Source of the DNA: Eledone cirrhosa
Taxonomy: Eukaryota
NCBI GenBank assembly: GCA_964016885.1
Contig: OZ024742.1
Location: 323,826,001 to 323,890,000 of the forward strand
Length of the DNA: 64,000 bases
Reading direction: 5' to 3'
Each line of letters opens with the position of its first letter. Positions within the stretch are counted from its first letter, which is position 1. The notes under the pieces are model-generated. The model did no database searches and had not been told where the DNA came from. It was given only the letters and a program-made list of their open reading frames with translations. The translations under genes were made by a program, and so were the position numbers. Below are positions 25,401 through 38,954 of the stretch, piece after piece.

Positions 25401-26718
25401 ACTTCCACTACGGGCAACGACTGCAAAGGCACCTCTACTCGCCTACAGGGGTGGCTACTGGTGCAGTAGCCCCCCTTAGACAATTTCGCTGGTCGCAATT
25501 ATTTGTGATATGGCCTGGTCGCAATTATTAGCGATGTGGTCTGGTCACTTGCAACGATAGCAGACTATAGCTGGATTCGGCTCTCTGCAGTCCCTTGCCA
25601 TGTGCGGGCCCTGGCACCTGAAGCACCGACCTCCGAACGCACGCGGACGACTATTCACAGCAGCTGGTCTCTTTTCGTCATACGATGGTCGCTGTCAACT
25701 GCCATGGACTTCCGTTGCTGCCAGCGCTGCAACACTCCACCTCGTGTCCTGTGTTATTACGCGGGCCTGTGCAATGAGCTCGCTCATGCTCATTTCCCTG
25801 TTGCCGGGCAGCTGTTGGAGCTTCATGGAGATTTCGTCGGGGAACCCATTCGTAAAAGCCAACCGCATGGCGCATTCGCGTTCTACCGCAAATCTGGCCA
25901 ACGTAGCCAACCGCCGTAACTCTGTCGCGAACATGTCCACGTGCTCTCCCTGCCATCTCGCTCTGCCTAACTTCCTTAAGTTGCTGTCCTATCCTCTCCA
26001 CGTTCAGTTGGTCGCTCTTGTCCATCTCAAGGTACAGTGCTAGGGCATCCCCATCGAGATATAGAGCGATCAAACCAGCAACGTTGTCAATGCTTTACAG
26101 CGAGGCGACCAATGTGACCTTTCTCAACCAGGCCACAACATCTCCTTCGCCGTTAAAAGCCTTGATCGTCTCACTATTCAATCTCAGTTTCAGATCGGAA
26201 AAAAATCAACAATGATACCCCACGAAAGAGAGCTAAACTAAAGGGCGGCTGTGCCGGGAGTAAAAATGCCAAAAGATGGAAAATTTAATTAAATGCCGAA
26301 ATAGCTTGTAGCTGGAGGCATTCAGACTTACCTTGCATCTCTCTGGCCCACGTGGGAGTACTTTCCGCTTGCGTCTGTCTTTGCACGTCCGTCACCTTCG
26401 AGGACATATGGCTAAGAGACCCCTGTTGACCGCCTGGTCCCTTGAGTTGCCCCTGTCCTCCTGCTTCCGGTCAGGTATCCCCCAACTTCCGGCAATCCCC
26501 CTCCCACAGCAGCCCCACAATTACCATTTCGAAAGTAATCAAGAATTTGGAAGGATTTAGAATATAAGTAACTTTCTCATTATTAAGCTGGTGTTTCAAA
26601 CATGACTTAACTTGGGTTCTTACATAGAATTATGATAGAAGGTTTTTAAATAAATATAAACAGCTTCGTATTGTAGAACCATGGACAGTTTCAGGCAGTT
26701 TGGTATCAAAAGGGTTAA
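22420..26718. mobile_element. piggyBac-like MITE (TTAA-CCCT...AGGG-TTAA) split by the gypsy insertion
   Basis: TTAACCCTTTCATTAC left of the gypsy element and TGGTATCAAAAGGGTTAA at 26701-26718. Related interior sequence at 14620-14668+16698-16820. Confidence 0.6.
22436..26519 (-). mobile_element. Decayed full-length Ty3/gypsy LTR retrotransposon (3' LTR 22436-22678, 5' LTR 26307-26519)
   Basis: TG...CA LTRs, ATTAC TSD, G-run PPT; fragmented gag (Cys/His knuckles), protease ALVDTGC, RT RPVLDFR/LGFGLNSAP/YIDN, RNase H, integrase RPSGNGIVERHHRTIK in gypsy order; many frameshifts. Confidence 0.92.
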
Positions 26719-28019
26719 ATATTTAGTGTTTAGCCAGGAACGACTTTCTATTTCATAAAACTGGTGTCAGTAAATATATGGTATTGAATTAATATGTTTA
26801 TATAATAACTCTCATGTTCCAAAAGTGAGCTTGTTACTACTGAAAAGAAACCAAATAAGGCAATATCCTGGTGGACTATTCTCTTTACTTGTTACAAATT
26901 TCTTGGAAAAGCACACATCTATACAAATTAAAAACCGTTGTGACTATTAAACAGAAACTAATATTTTGTGAGTCATTTTCCTATATTATATATTCAAAAT
27001 ACATAAGTAAGACACTGGCTGTATTTCTATTCTAAATACAATGGTCTAGTTTCTATTATTTATTGAAGGTATATTATGATAATAACAAGGAATAGTTTTC
27101 TGACATGTCACATACTCTTATCAAAAACTACAGTGCATACTATCCTATATTCTAATCTTGGTTTTATTTTAATAGTGACTTACTCACACACACACACAGA
27201 TATACACACACAATGAAGGGCAGGCTGTATGATGCCTGCATACGAACAGCAATGTTACATGGCAGTGAGACCTGGGCATTGTGTGCAGAGGATATACGCA
27301 GACTGGAGAGAAACGAAGCTTGCATGCTCCGCTGGATGTGTAATAGTAACATACGTGAACGACATAGCATAAATGTACTAAGGGAGAAATTAGAAATAAG
27401 AGGGATCAGATGTTGTTTACTCGAGAGAAGACTACGTTGGTATGGTCACGTGATGCACATGAAAGATGACAGCCGTATAAAAAAGTGCAGGGCAATAAAA
27501 ATAGACAGTAGCCACGGAGTAGGCAGACCCAGAAAAACCTGGGACGACTCGATAAATTCCAACCTCACACACTTACACCTCTCCAAGGCAATGTCACTGG
27601 ACCGAGAGCTTTGGCGCTACACAGTAATAGAGAAGACCCGTCTTACCTAAGTACAAAGTAAAACCTACTACAGTCAGTAGGCACCTCTGACAAAATACAC
27701 CCCGTCCCACTACCCCCACCCCATCCACACTACCCCTTCAATGTAAAGTTATGTTGGTGTTACAACGTCCAGCCTGAAACAAATGAGGTCGTGTAGGTGT
27801 CACAACAAAAAAAACACACAGTCCACGCTGTAATGTGGCCGTGTAGGCAACACGGTAAAAACCTCCCAGTTCCACACTGTAAATCTGGTTGGTGTTAGGA
27901 AGGGCATCCAGCCGTAGAAAACCCGCCAGACAGTCCTATGCGAGCAAGACAACCACTCTTGCCTCAAGTGGGAAACCCCCGTCCAAACCCATGCAAGCGT
28001 GGAATATGGACGTTAAACA

Positions 28020-28054
<35 letters not shown>

Positions 28055-28263
28055 CGTTTTAAAGTGGACAGTTTTATATCCTAAAACCAGGACAGATTCA
28101 AGCAGTTTATTATCAAATGTGTTGCATATATCAAGATTTGCAAGAGTCAGAATTTATAATTGAACAAGCTGGAATTAAAAGTGATATTATACTAGTAGAA
28201 ATATTAGTAATAATAGTAGAAATCATTATTATATTGATATATATATAATTTTTCAAACCTTAC

Positions 28264-28359
28264 TTTTTCTTTTGAAGCTTCCTCTATTTTTAATTTTTCC
28301 ACAATTTGCATTTGATTTTGGATTGCCTGTTCAATTTCTGCATCCACTTGTTCTGCCAT
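28264..28359 (-). CDS. HARS: Second identical copy of the acidic HARS exon-1 variant (inside the tandem duplication)
   Basis: Identical to 17720-17815 at offset +10544. Confidence 0.55.
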
Positions 28360-31300
28360 GGTGTTTATTTGATATTAACTCTTGAGAAATATTTGAGAAC
28401 AGAGCAGGATTGTGCTTTTAAATGATGCAATATTGACAGCGGCAAAGGTCTGTGTGGAAGTGCAGAAGTTTTAGAGCAACTAATGAAAAGGCTTTAATAT
28501 CTAGTCATATATGCACTTATGTCAAGTTTTACTCCTCCCAGAACAATAGAGAAAAGGGGGAGGAGGCTTACAAACCAAAGCCAGCTAGCTATACCACTCC
28601 CATTAAATTGTTTTTTTTATATACAGTTGTTTAAAGTAATATTCCCAATATATTGTGGTTTTTCTGACAGTATGAGTGACCAACTAGGCTAAATAATCAT
28701 TCTCATTCACAATACATTTTTATATCAATAATTGTTTCTACTTTAGGCACAAGGACAGCAATTACCCAGTACATTACTGGTACTTTATTTTATCGACCCC
28801 GTAAGGATGAAAGGCAAAGTTAACCTCGGCGGGATTTGAACTCAGACTGTAAAGGGACGTAACTATGCTAGAAAGCATGGCGTCCAACCCTCTACCGATA
28901 CTGCCAATTCACCGCCCATTTTTATATCAATAATGCAATGCTGGAGTATTGTAGAGTAACTGTTAACATCAGTCACTCTTCGTCCGTGGCATTCACTTTC
29001 TCTGACATGGTGTTTATTTCATTGTAAGTTGTGGGTGATTTCTAAGCAACAGACCATTGTCGTGTTGAATGATGCAATATTTGCTGTGAAGAAGGGCAAC
29101 ATTTCTAGGGCAACTGATAAAATGCCTTTTTAGTATTTAGTTATATATCCAGTTACATTGAGTTGAAATTCCACTGTTGTTAATTGCCTTCTACCTTCAA
29201 TTATTCTAAGATCTAGAACACAAGTTCAAACACTTCATAAGTGATGACCTTATACAAATGTTAGTTGTCAATATTGGGGTAGACAAAAAAAGGTAGTTTA
29301 TAGTAAAGCACTGGATTAAATTGATTGATTACAGTGTTTGGCCATTCTATATTACATGCCAGGTATTACTTTCCATTTATTTTGTTCTAGTGTTGATAAT
29401 ATTATAAGTACCAGTAATTATATGGTATTGAGTCAAAATAAAATCCCATAATTCCAAAATTAACTTTATGACTACTTGTTAAATTCAAGCAGGTAGATTT
29501 ATAAGAAAATTATCTTTGTAACCTTTGAAAAATGACCAAATCTATAGAAATTCATATTTCCTTGTATATACAAAATGTAGAAATTTTGCATCTAGTATAC
29601 AGAAACCAATATTTCATAGGTAAATATACAAAGTATGCTAGTAATATGTATGTATGTATGCATGGACCCGTAACTCCTGGTGAAATTGTAGGGGTACCAT
29701 AGTAGTGACATATGTCATTTCTTTGGCATTTTAAACATAGCAGAGCCCATCCCTTTCCATGTCTGAATACAGCAAATTTATTCTGGAGAGAGAGGGGGTG
29801 GGGTGGGGGGAGGGGGTTAAGAAAGATATAGAGGAAGAATTTTCCCCCAGCACTGGACTGGTACTTTATAATAATAATAATAATAATAATAATGAAATAT
29901 TGTGTACAGTGCTCAGATGCACTACAACTCATCAAAAAGTGTATGTATAGTACATAGGGTAATGTACAAACATCAGGAAAATGAACAGTGCATGAGTCAT
30001 GATACACATGTGTGCATGTGTATGGAAGGGGTACATCAGGTGTAGTTTTGGCGTATTTCGGGAAGCATGAGTGTCTTAAAGGATGCAGTGTCTCGGCAGC
30101 TAACAACTGACGCAGGCAGTTTGTTCCATGCTTCAGCAACTCTGAGCGTGAAAAAATGTCTACGAAAGTCATGGGAGCTGTGTTGTTTTCTGATTTTGTA
30201 GGCATGTCCATGTGTGTTAGACACACGGAGATCAAAAAGGTGCTCAGGGTTGCAATTGGCGAGATGTCCATTGCCAGACGTCGGAGCTTCAATGAATCCA
30301 TGCCCAGGGAAGCAAGGCGTTCAGAGTATGGTAGGTGTCTGATGGAGGGTATGCGCTTGGTTGCACGTCTCTGAACAGTTTCCAGGAGATCAATGTTCTG
30401 AGCAAGATAGGGTTTCCAGACTGATGATGCGAATTCCAAGTGTGGTCGTACCATAGCTGTATACAGTTTTAAATAGATGGCTGGAGAGCGGCTAACAAAG
30501 GTCTTGCTGAGTGATGCCAAGACACCCTCGGCCTTCTTGACAATCTTAGAGACATGCTTTGTCCAACGCAAATCGCTGCTGACAGTAATGCCCAGGTCAC
30601 GTTCACAAGAGGACTTCTTGATATCAGTGTTGTGGAGGGAGTATGTGGATGCTGGATTTTTCCTCCCAAAATGCATGGTGGTACACTTGTCCACAGCCAG
30701 CTTCAGTTGCCAGTCTGTGATCCATTGCTGCATTGTGTCCAGGTCTGATTGTAGGAAAGAGTTGTAGATTTCAGGATCAGTCCTTTTGATTTCAAGGTAC
30801 AGCTTGATGTCATCTGCATATTTCAGTACCGTGGCATTCTGTAAGTTGGCATCTATGTCATTAATATATGCCACAAACAAAAGGGGACCAAGAACTGATT
30901 CCTGTGGTACACCAGATGACATCTCATATGGTGAAGAATGCTGTCCTAGAACCCTGACTACCTCTTTTTGGCTGAGAATGAAGGATTTCAACCAGTCGAA
31001 AAGATCATCCCTCACACCCATTGCAGAGAGTTTTGCCATAAGTCTTTTGTGTGGCACAGAATTAAAAGCCTTAGCAAAGTCAAGGTAAACAACATCCACC
31101 CATGAGCCGCTGTCAGTGATCCGGGTGATGTCTTCAAGGAACTCGATAAGCTGATCACAGCAGCTGGAGTTAGGGATAAATCCAAACTGTGAGGGCCGGA
31201 TGAGGCTGTGAGAGCTCCAGAAGTTCCAAAGTGTTTCTCTGACACAGGATTCCATCAGTTTGGCCATACAGCTAGTAAGACTGACTGGACGATAGTTGAC

Positions 31301-32979
31301 AGGTGACGTGCGGTTGCCCTTTTTGAACAGTGGAATGACACTGGCAGTTTTCCACTGCTCCGGAGTAGCACCATTGTTGAGACAGTATTGAAAGAAGAAA
31401 GAAAGCTGGCGCAAAAGGAAATACCCGCTACGTTTGAGAAGCAGGTATGTAACACCATCAAGACCAGGGGAGGCATAGTTACGCTTATTCTTAAGGTGAC
31501 GTCGCAACATTGCAGGTGAAAATTCCATAGTTGTTATGGAATTTGATGTTAGAGATGGTGGAGATGGTACATTCTGGTTTTCAACTGCAAAGTACTCTAT
31601 CCAACATACTAACAGCTCTGCCAATTCACTGCCTCACTATTTATATACTTCTACATTATATTTGTAATTAAAATACAACAATCTAGTTTCTATTATTTTA
31701 TAAGACAACAAGGGCAGTGGACTGGCAGTATCGGTAGAGGGTTGGACGCCATGCTTTGCAGCATAGAGTTACGGCCCTTTACGGTCTGAATTCAAATCCC
31801 ACTGAGGTTCACTTTGCCTTTCATCCTTATGGGGTTGATGAAATAAAGCACCAGTAATACACTGGGATAATTGCTGGCCTTGTGCCAAAAGTAGAAAATT
31901 ATTTTAAAAGACAAAACACTACATTATTTAGGATCATCATAATCATCATTTCACTTTTATTTTTCATGCTTGTATGGGTTAGATGGGCTGTCAACTACTG
32001 ATGCCAGATTGGTCACGTGACTATATCCTTACGTTCTGTCTTTGGTTTGATTTCTATGGTTGGATGCCATTCCTAACACCAGCCACTTTACAGTGTGTAC
32101 TGGGAGCATTTTATCATGACACCAGCACAACTATTTTACAGAGTGGGCTGAGTGCATTTTATCATAGCACCAGCACTATCTCATTACAACAATAGAGTAC
32201 TCAATGTAGTATTGGTCAGGCAAAAATAAGAAATGGGTTCTGTTATGCAGTTTATTCTTATCAAAGATTTTAGTACATGAAAGACGACAGCTGTATAAAA
32301 AAGTGCAGGGCGATTAGACGGAAGCTATGGAGTAGGAAACCCAGAAAAACCTGGGACGATTTGATAAATTCTGACCTTACACACTTAACCTCTCCAAGAC
32401 AATGTCACTGGACCGAGATCTTTGGCGCTACACAGTAATACAGAAGACCCGTCTTGCCTAAGTACAGTCAGTAGGCACCTCTTAACCAAAAATGACTTAA
32501 GTGGGTATACCTCTTCCCTGAATTTGAGGCCTAATGGACATATCCAAAAAGAAACTTTTAACAATCTACACTATACACTTTGATGAAATAGATTCAGAAA
32601 TTATGGTTATATAAATCAACTCTAGTCATGAATATGTTGCTATCCCTATAAACATCAGAAAAAGGATTACATTTGACATCCATATCTTTTTATAATAGAA
32701 TCACACCTTGGGAGGGAGGGAGGGGTAAATATATGTTATACGAATTTGTTAACTCTATTGTGACTGTATTTCTAATTCTTCTTCTGAAAAAAAAAAAAAA
32801 TTATGCTTGTAAGGGCAGCAAAATTTAGCTCGTTCAGAGTGCCAGCAACCCTAGGTTTTGTTCTGTCCTTGAATTTCATCCTTCTAAAATCAATATCATG
32901 AGTATCATCTAGTACTGGGACCGATTCCTAACACTGTGCCAATGTTAGGAATTGAATTTGCATTTAACCCTTTCATTAC

Positions 32980-35900
32980 TGTAGCCGGAGGCATTCGGAC
33001 TTACCTTGCATCTCTCTGGTCCACGTGGGAGTACTTTCCGCTTGCGTCTGTCTTCGCACGTCCGTAACCTTCGAGGGTGTACGGCTAAGAGGCCCCTGTT
33101 GACCGCCTGGTCCCTCGAGTCGCCCCCGTCCTCCTGCTTCTAGGTCAGGTATCCCCCAACTTCCGGCAATTCTCCCTCCCATGGCCGCTCTACACCCCCT
33201 TCCATCTTGCAGCAGCCCCACATGCCCCCCCCCCCCTGATCCCAAGGATCAACCCCCACCACCACCACACTGCTCCATCCACCTAGGTTGGCGGCGGCTC
33301 CGTTGCGATCTCCGCACTGTCAGGGCGGCACTTTCCTCTTCCTCGGAGTCCGTCAGCACAACGACTCTACGGATGCCCAAGACATGACGTGGCATTCTGT
33401 CCACAGACATGTTGTTTTGGGAATTTATGGCGGTTACCATTCCCTTTCCCCATTGAGATGTGCAATGTGTGTTCGGGGGCTTGACCCATACCTCCTCGCC
33501 TACTTGTATGAATGCGCTCTCTCTCTCCACCGGCTGCTGTGGTACCAAGCGCGGGTGTCGCCATTCATATCTGTATATTGCCCTGTCCCACCCACGGAGA
33601 CATGTTGTACCAGAACACTGCCTCCTTTGGGGAAATGTGCCCCCTTTCCGCCATGGCCTTGATCGTGCGATGGTGTCTCTCCACGATCCCATTTCCACTC
33701 GGCCTGTATGCCGCTCTGAAGAAACGGTTCACCTTCCACTTGTCAAGCATTTCCCTCAGTGCCTCCGAGCGAAACACCGTTGTCCATCAGCAGTTCATCC
33801 ACAGGGCCCCGCTCCAAGAATATGTCTCTCAGCGTCCGCACGATTTCCTCAGCAGTCCCTGTCTTCCTTTCCCTCCATATCGCCATCCACCCCTGGCCCA
33901 CAATCGACTATCGAAAGATACATTCCTTGTCGGTAGTGTGTCATGTCCTCTGCTAATCGCTTCCAGCTGTGCTCCACCGGGATGCTTCCTGTCTCGTGCA
34001 CATCCGGGGCAGGGTTGATAGACTGGCATCTGTCGCAACCTCCGACCACTCTCTGGACACTGTCTGCTAACATCAGAGTCGATTCTTCTGGCTAGGAACA
34101 GGGTCCTATCCACCCCATGTGGTGCATGGCGTGCAGTCCCCTCAACTCCGAATCACTCAGCCGACACACTGCCGCTATCCCCTTCTCTGCGTCCCCTGGC
34201 GTTTCTAGCCAGGCTTTCTTCACCCTGGTTAATACGGCTACCCTGTTTTTCTCTGAGGGCACAAAAACCACACTCAACTCCAGGCCGAACTCAGTGGACA
34301 GCTGTCCCAGAGTTTCCAGGCAGCGCTTTATCAACATTTCTGCTGCAACTCTTGTTCACACCCTCCTCTCACTGGTAAGCACTGATCTCACCCATCCGAG
34401 TACAGTGGCTGAGTCAGTGCGAATTTCTATGGTGCGCAGCCCCCATCTCAGGGCGAGATTCACCCCTCTCAGCACAGCATCCAGTTCAGTCACGTTGATG
34501 TGGTTGTAGTCCTCCTTCTACCTGAGCCAGGCTGCGTCCTCAACCTCAACGCCCCCTATCTCCAGAGTGACCCCTAGTGCTATGCTGCTGGCATCACACC
34601 ATACGGTCCCAATTTGGGGACGTACCAGCATCCTCTCACTGGGTCATCCGCTTTTACTCTCTCCACGATTTCCTGCATCATGGCCACTGTCCTCTCTCCA
34701 ACCCTGTCAGCCCAGCTCACTCCATCTGCTCGTCTCTTGACATAGCTGCATGCCGTCCGGAGCCACCCTGCAATCGGATAGTGGCCCACCAATTTACCAC
34801 ACATTGAGAAGAGTTCCCGTCTATTCATATCGGGGCCCAGTTCCGGGACTTCATTACCCCTCCGAAACACGAGTGTGCCCGTCTTATCCCTTTGCAACCT
34901 CAGTCCTAGCGCGGTTCCTCCTTCCAGCGCCTCCGGCGGTTTCGTGGTCAGCCCGAACCTTCCCAAGTGGCCTGAGACTTCTGCTGCTGACACCACCGTC
35001 CCATCCACCAAGATGTTGTCGATGTAGGAGTTGGTGGGTCCCTTCACCTTGTCCGCTTTCCCCAGAATGACCTTGAGGGCCGTCGCCATGATTTTTGGCG
35101 CAGAGTTCAACCCGAAGCCAAGCCTGGTCAGGCAGTATGTCTGGCCCTTATACCTGACCAGCTGATATTTCCACAGTTTCTCATGCACGTGTAACTGCAG
35201 ATATGCCAACAGTCAACAATCGGGGAGGCCCCCGTCATTCGTCTCCACTCTCGCAAAGTTTCTCCGCAAACATCTGTGACCTCACCACCTGTGTGGCATG
35301 ACATGTGTTCGCTCAGCTGACGAAAGTCCAGCACCGGCCTAACCTTGTCCTTCATGGGCTGCACACTCCACACTTCACCTCCTCCTTCTAAGGAAGCAGT
35401 ATACCCTCCTCGATCCATCTCTGTACCTCTCCCTCAAACTCGCTTCTGGCAATTCCTTTCAGGGTGTGCTGATAGCAGCCCACTCTGTTTTTCAGCGTTG
35501 GTGGCTCTCCCTTCCAGTACCACTCAACTACCCACCGCTGCCCATCGAACACCGCCCTGAAATCCTTGTCCTGTATGGTATTTTCTTCATGGATCGCCCT
35601 GTTCTTCGTGGATTCTCCCAGCTCGCTCACAGCACATGATGTCCTCTCGCTACCAAACGTCACCCCGACTTCAGTCACTGTAACACCTCCAAGGCAGCCA
35701 ATCGTGTCTATGCCCATTACTACATCGTTCCATCCACCGCCTGGTCAATCACAATCGCCCAAAACCTAATTTTTCTTCTCTGTACCACCATCGACATCTT
35801 GCTGGTACCTCAGCATCTAACCTCCCTGTCGTTGACTGCCCTTATACTGCTCATCCTGCTCCACTTTTTAACCACCTCCGTGGTCACTAGTGTTGTCGTG

Positions 35901-37064
35901 CAACCCGTGTCCACGAGTGCTCGCGATGGCTTCCCTTCCACCAAAACTTCCACTACGGGCAACGACTGCAAAGGCACCTCTACTCGCCTACAGGGGTGGC
36001 TACTGGTGCAGTAGCCCCCCTTAGACAATTTCGCTGGTCGCAATTATTTGTGATATGGCCTGGTCGCAATTATTAGCGATGTGGTCTGGTCACTTGCAAC
36101 GATAGCAGACTATAGCTGGATTCGGCTCTCTGCAGTCCCTTGCCATGTGCGGGCCCTGGCACCTGAAGCACCGACCTCCGAACGCACGCGGACGACTATT
36201 CACAGCAGCTGGTCTCTTTTCGTCATACGATGGTCGCTGTCAACTGCCATGGACTTCCGTTGCTGCCAGCGCTGCAACACTCCACCTCGTGTCCTGTGTT
36301 ATTACGCGGGCCTGTGCAATGAGCTCGCTCATGCTCATTTCCCTGTTGCCGGGCAGCTGTTGGAGCTTCATGGAGATTTCGTCGGGGAACCCATTCGTAA
36401 AAGCCAACCGCATGGCGCATTCGCGTTCTACCGCAAATCTGGCCAACGTAGCCAACCGCCGTAACTCTGTCGCGAACATGTCCACGTGCTCTCCCTGCCA
36501 TCTCGCTCTGCCTAACTTCCTTAAGTTGCTGTCCTATCCTCTCCACGTTCAGTTGGTCGCTCTTGTCCATCTCAAGGTACAGTGCTAGGGCATCCCCATC
36601 GAGATATAGAGCGATCAAACCAGCAACGTTGTCAATGCTTTACAGCGAGGCGACCAATGTGACCTTTCTCAACCAGGCCACAACATCTCCTTCGCCGTTA
36701 AAAGCCTTGATCGTCTCACTATTCAATCTCAGTTTCAGATCGGAAAAAAATCAACAATGATACCCCACGAAAGAGAGCTAAACTAAAGGGCGGCTGTGCC
36801 GGGAGTAAAAATGCCAAAAGATGGAAAATTTAATTAAATGCCGAAATAGCTTGTAGCTGGAGGCATTCAGACTTACCTTGCATCTCTCTGGCCCACGTGG
36901 GAGTACTTTCCGCTTGCGTCTGTCTTTGCACGTCCGTCACCTTCGAGGACATATGGCTAAGAGACCCCTGTTGACCGCCTGGTCCCTTGAGTTGCCCCTG
37001 TCCTCCTGCTTCCGGTCAGGTATCCCCCAACTTCCGGCAATCCCCCTCCCACAGCAGCCCCACA
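32980..37064 (-). mobile_element. Duplicate of the Ty3/gypsy element
   Basis: Same as 22436-26519; lacks the TAG stop at 24130 (CAG at 34675). Confidence 0.92.
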
Positions 37065-38954
37065 ATTACCATTTCGAAAGTAATCAAGAATTTGGAAGGA
37101 TTTAGAATATAAGTAACTTTCTCATTATTAAGCTGGTGTTTCAAACATGACTTAACTTGGGTTCTTACATAGAATTATGATAGAAGGTTTTTAAATAAAT
37201 ATAAACAGCTTCGTATTGTAGAACCATGGACAGTTTCAGGCAGTTTGGTATCAAAAGGGTTAAATATTTAGTGTTTAGCCAGGAACGACTTTCTATTTCA
37301 TAAAACTGGTGTCAGTAAATATATGGTATTGAATTAATATGTTTATATAATAACTCTCATGTTCCAAAAGTGAGCTTGTTACTACTGAAAAGAAACCAAA
37401 TAAGGCAATATCCTGGTGGACTATTCTCTTTACTTGTTACAAATTTCTTGGAAAAGCACACATCTATACAAATTAAAAACCGTTGTGACTATTAAACAGA
37501 AACTAATATTTTGTGAGTCATTTTCCTATATTATATATTCAAAATACATAAGTAAGACACTGGCTGTATTTCTATTCTAAATACAATGGTCTAGTTTCTA
37601 TTATTTATTGAAGGTATATTATGATAATAACAAGGAATAGTTTTCTGACATGTCACATACTCTTATCAAAAACTACAGTGCATACTATCCTATATTCTAA
37701 TCTTGGTTTTATTTTAATAGTGACTTACTCACACACACACACAGATATACACACACAATGAAGGGCAGGCTGTATGATGCCTGCATACGAACAGCAATGT
37801 TACATGGCAGTGAGACCTGGGCATTGTGTGCAGAGGATATACGCAGACTGGAGAGAAACGAAGCTTGCATGCTCCGCTGGATGTGTAATAGTAACATACG
37901 TGAACGACATAGCATAAATGTACTAAGGGAGAAATTAGAAATAAGAGGGATCAGATGTTGTTTACTCGAGAGAAGACTACGTTGGTATGGTCACGTGATG
38001 CACATGAAAGATGACAGCCGTATAAAAAAGTGCAGGGCAATAAAAATAGACAGTAGCCACGGAGTAGGCAGACCCAGAAAAACCTGGGACGACTCGATAA
38101 ATTCCAACCTCACACACTTACACCTCTCCAAGGCAATGTCACTGGACCGAGAGCTTTGGCGCTACACAGTAATAGAGAAGACCCGTCTTACCTAAGTACA
38201 AAGTAAAACCTACTACAGTCAGTAGGCACCTCTGACAAAATACACCCCGTCCCACTACCCCCACCCCATCCACACTACCCCTTCAATGTAAAGTTATGTT
38301 GGTGTTACAACGTCCAGCCTGAAACAAATGAGGTCGTGTAGGTGTCACAACAAAAAAAACACACAGTCCACGCTGTAATGTGGCCGTGTAGGCAACACGG
38401 TAAAAACCTCCCAGTTCCACACTGTAAATCTGGTTGGTGTTAGGAAGGGCATCCAGCCGTAGAAAACCCGCCAGACAGTCCTATGCGAGCAAGACAACCA
38501 CTCTTGCCTCAAGTGGGAAACCCCCGTCCAAACCCATGCAAGCGTGGAATATGGACGTTAAACAATGATGATGATGATGATGATGATGATGCGCACACAC
38601 ACAGAGAGATACACACACAGACAGACACTCACACACACACACACACACACACACTCTCTCTCTCTCTCCTGGAATTAATTCTAAAGTTAAACATGTAATG
38701 TCTATATTTTTTGTTTAACTATTTGCCATTTGGCTTCCTTTGCTGCAGCCAGCTTTGCCTTTACTACAGTGTTGACTAGCAAAAGGGTAACCCTTTAGCA
38801 TTTAAACCAGCCATTTCACCTATTTCTGTTCAAACCGGCCATAAATGGCCACTCATACTGATGCTAAGGTATTGTTCTCAAAATGAATAATATCAAAATC
38901 TCATAGATATGATATTATGTGAAATAAAGCCTTTACCTTGAAAATACAATATTA

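Larger units (their letters stand above)
17508..38590 (+). repeat. Direct tandem duplication, unit about 10.54 kb (17508-28051 and 28052-38590)
   Basis: All ORFs recur at +10544/+10545. Differences seen: C11 vs C12 (22681/33225), A vs G (24130/34675) and (GAT)n tail length. Confidence 0.97.

Noticed and set aside
26285-26306. Self-priming (Tf1-like) PBS for the gypsy element
   Set aside because: No TGG-type PBS is visible; only about 8 bp of complementarity (TTTCGGCA with LTR TGCCGGAA) in a decayed copy, too weak to claim.
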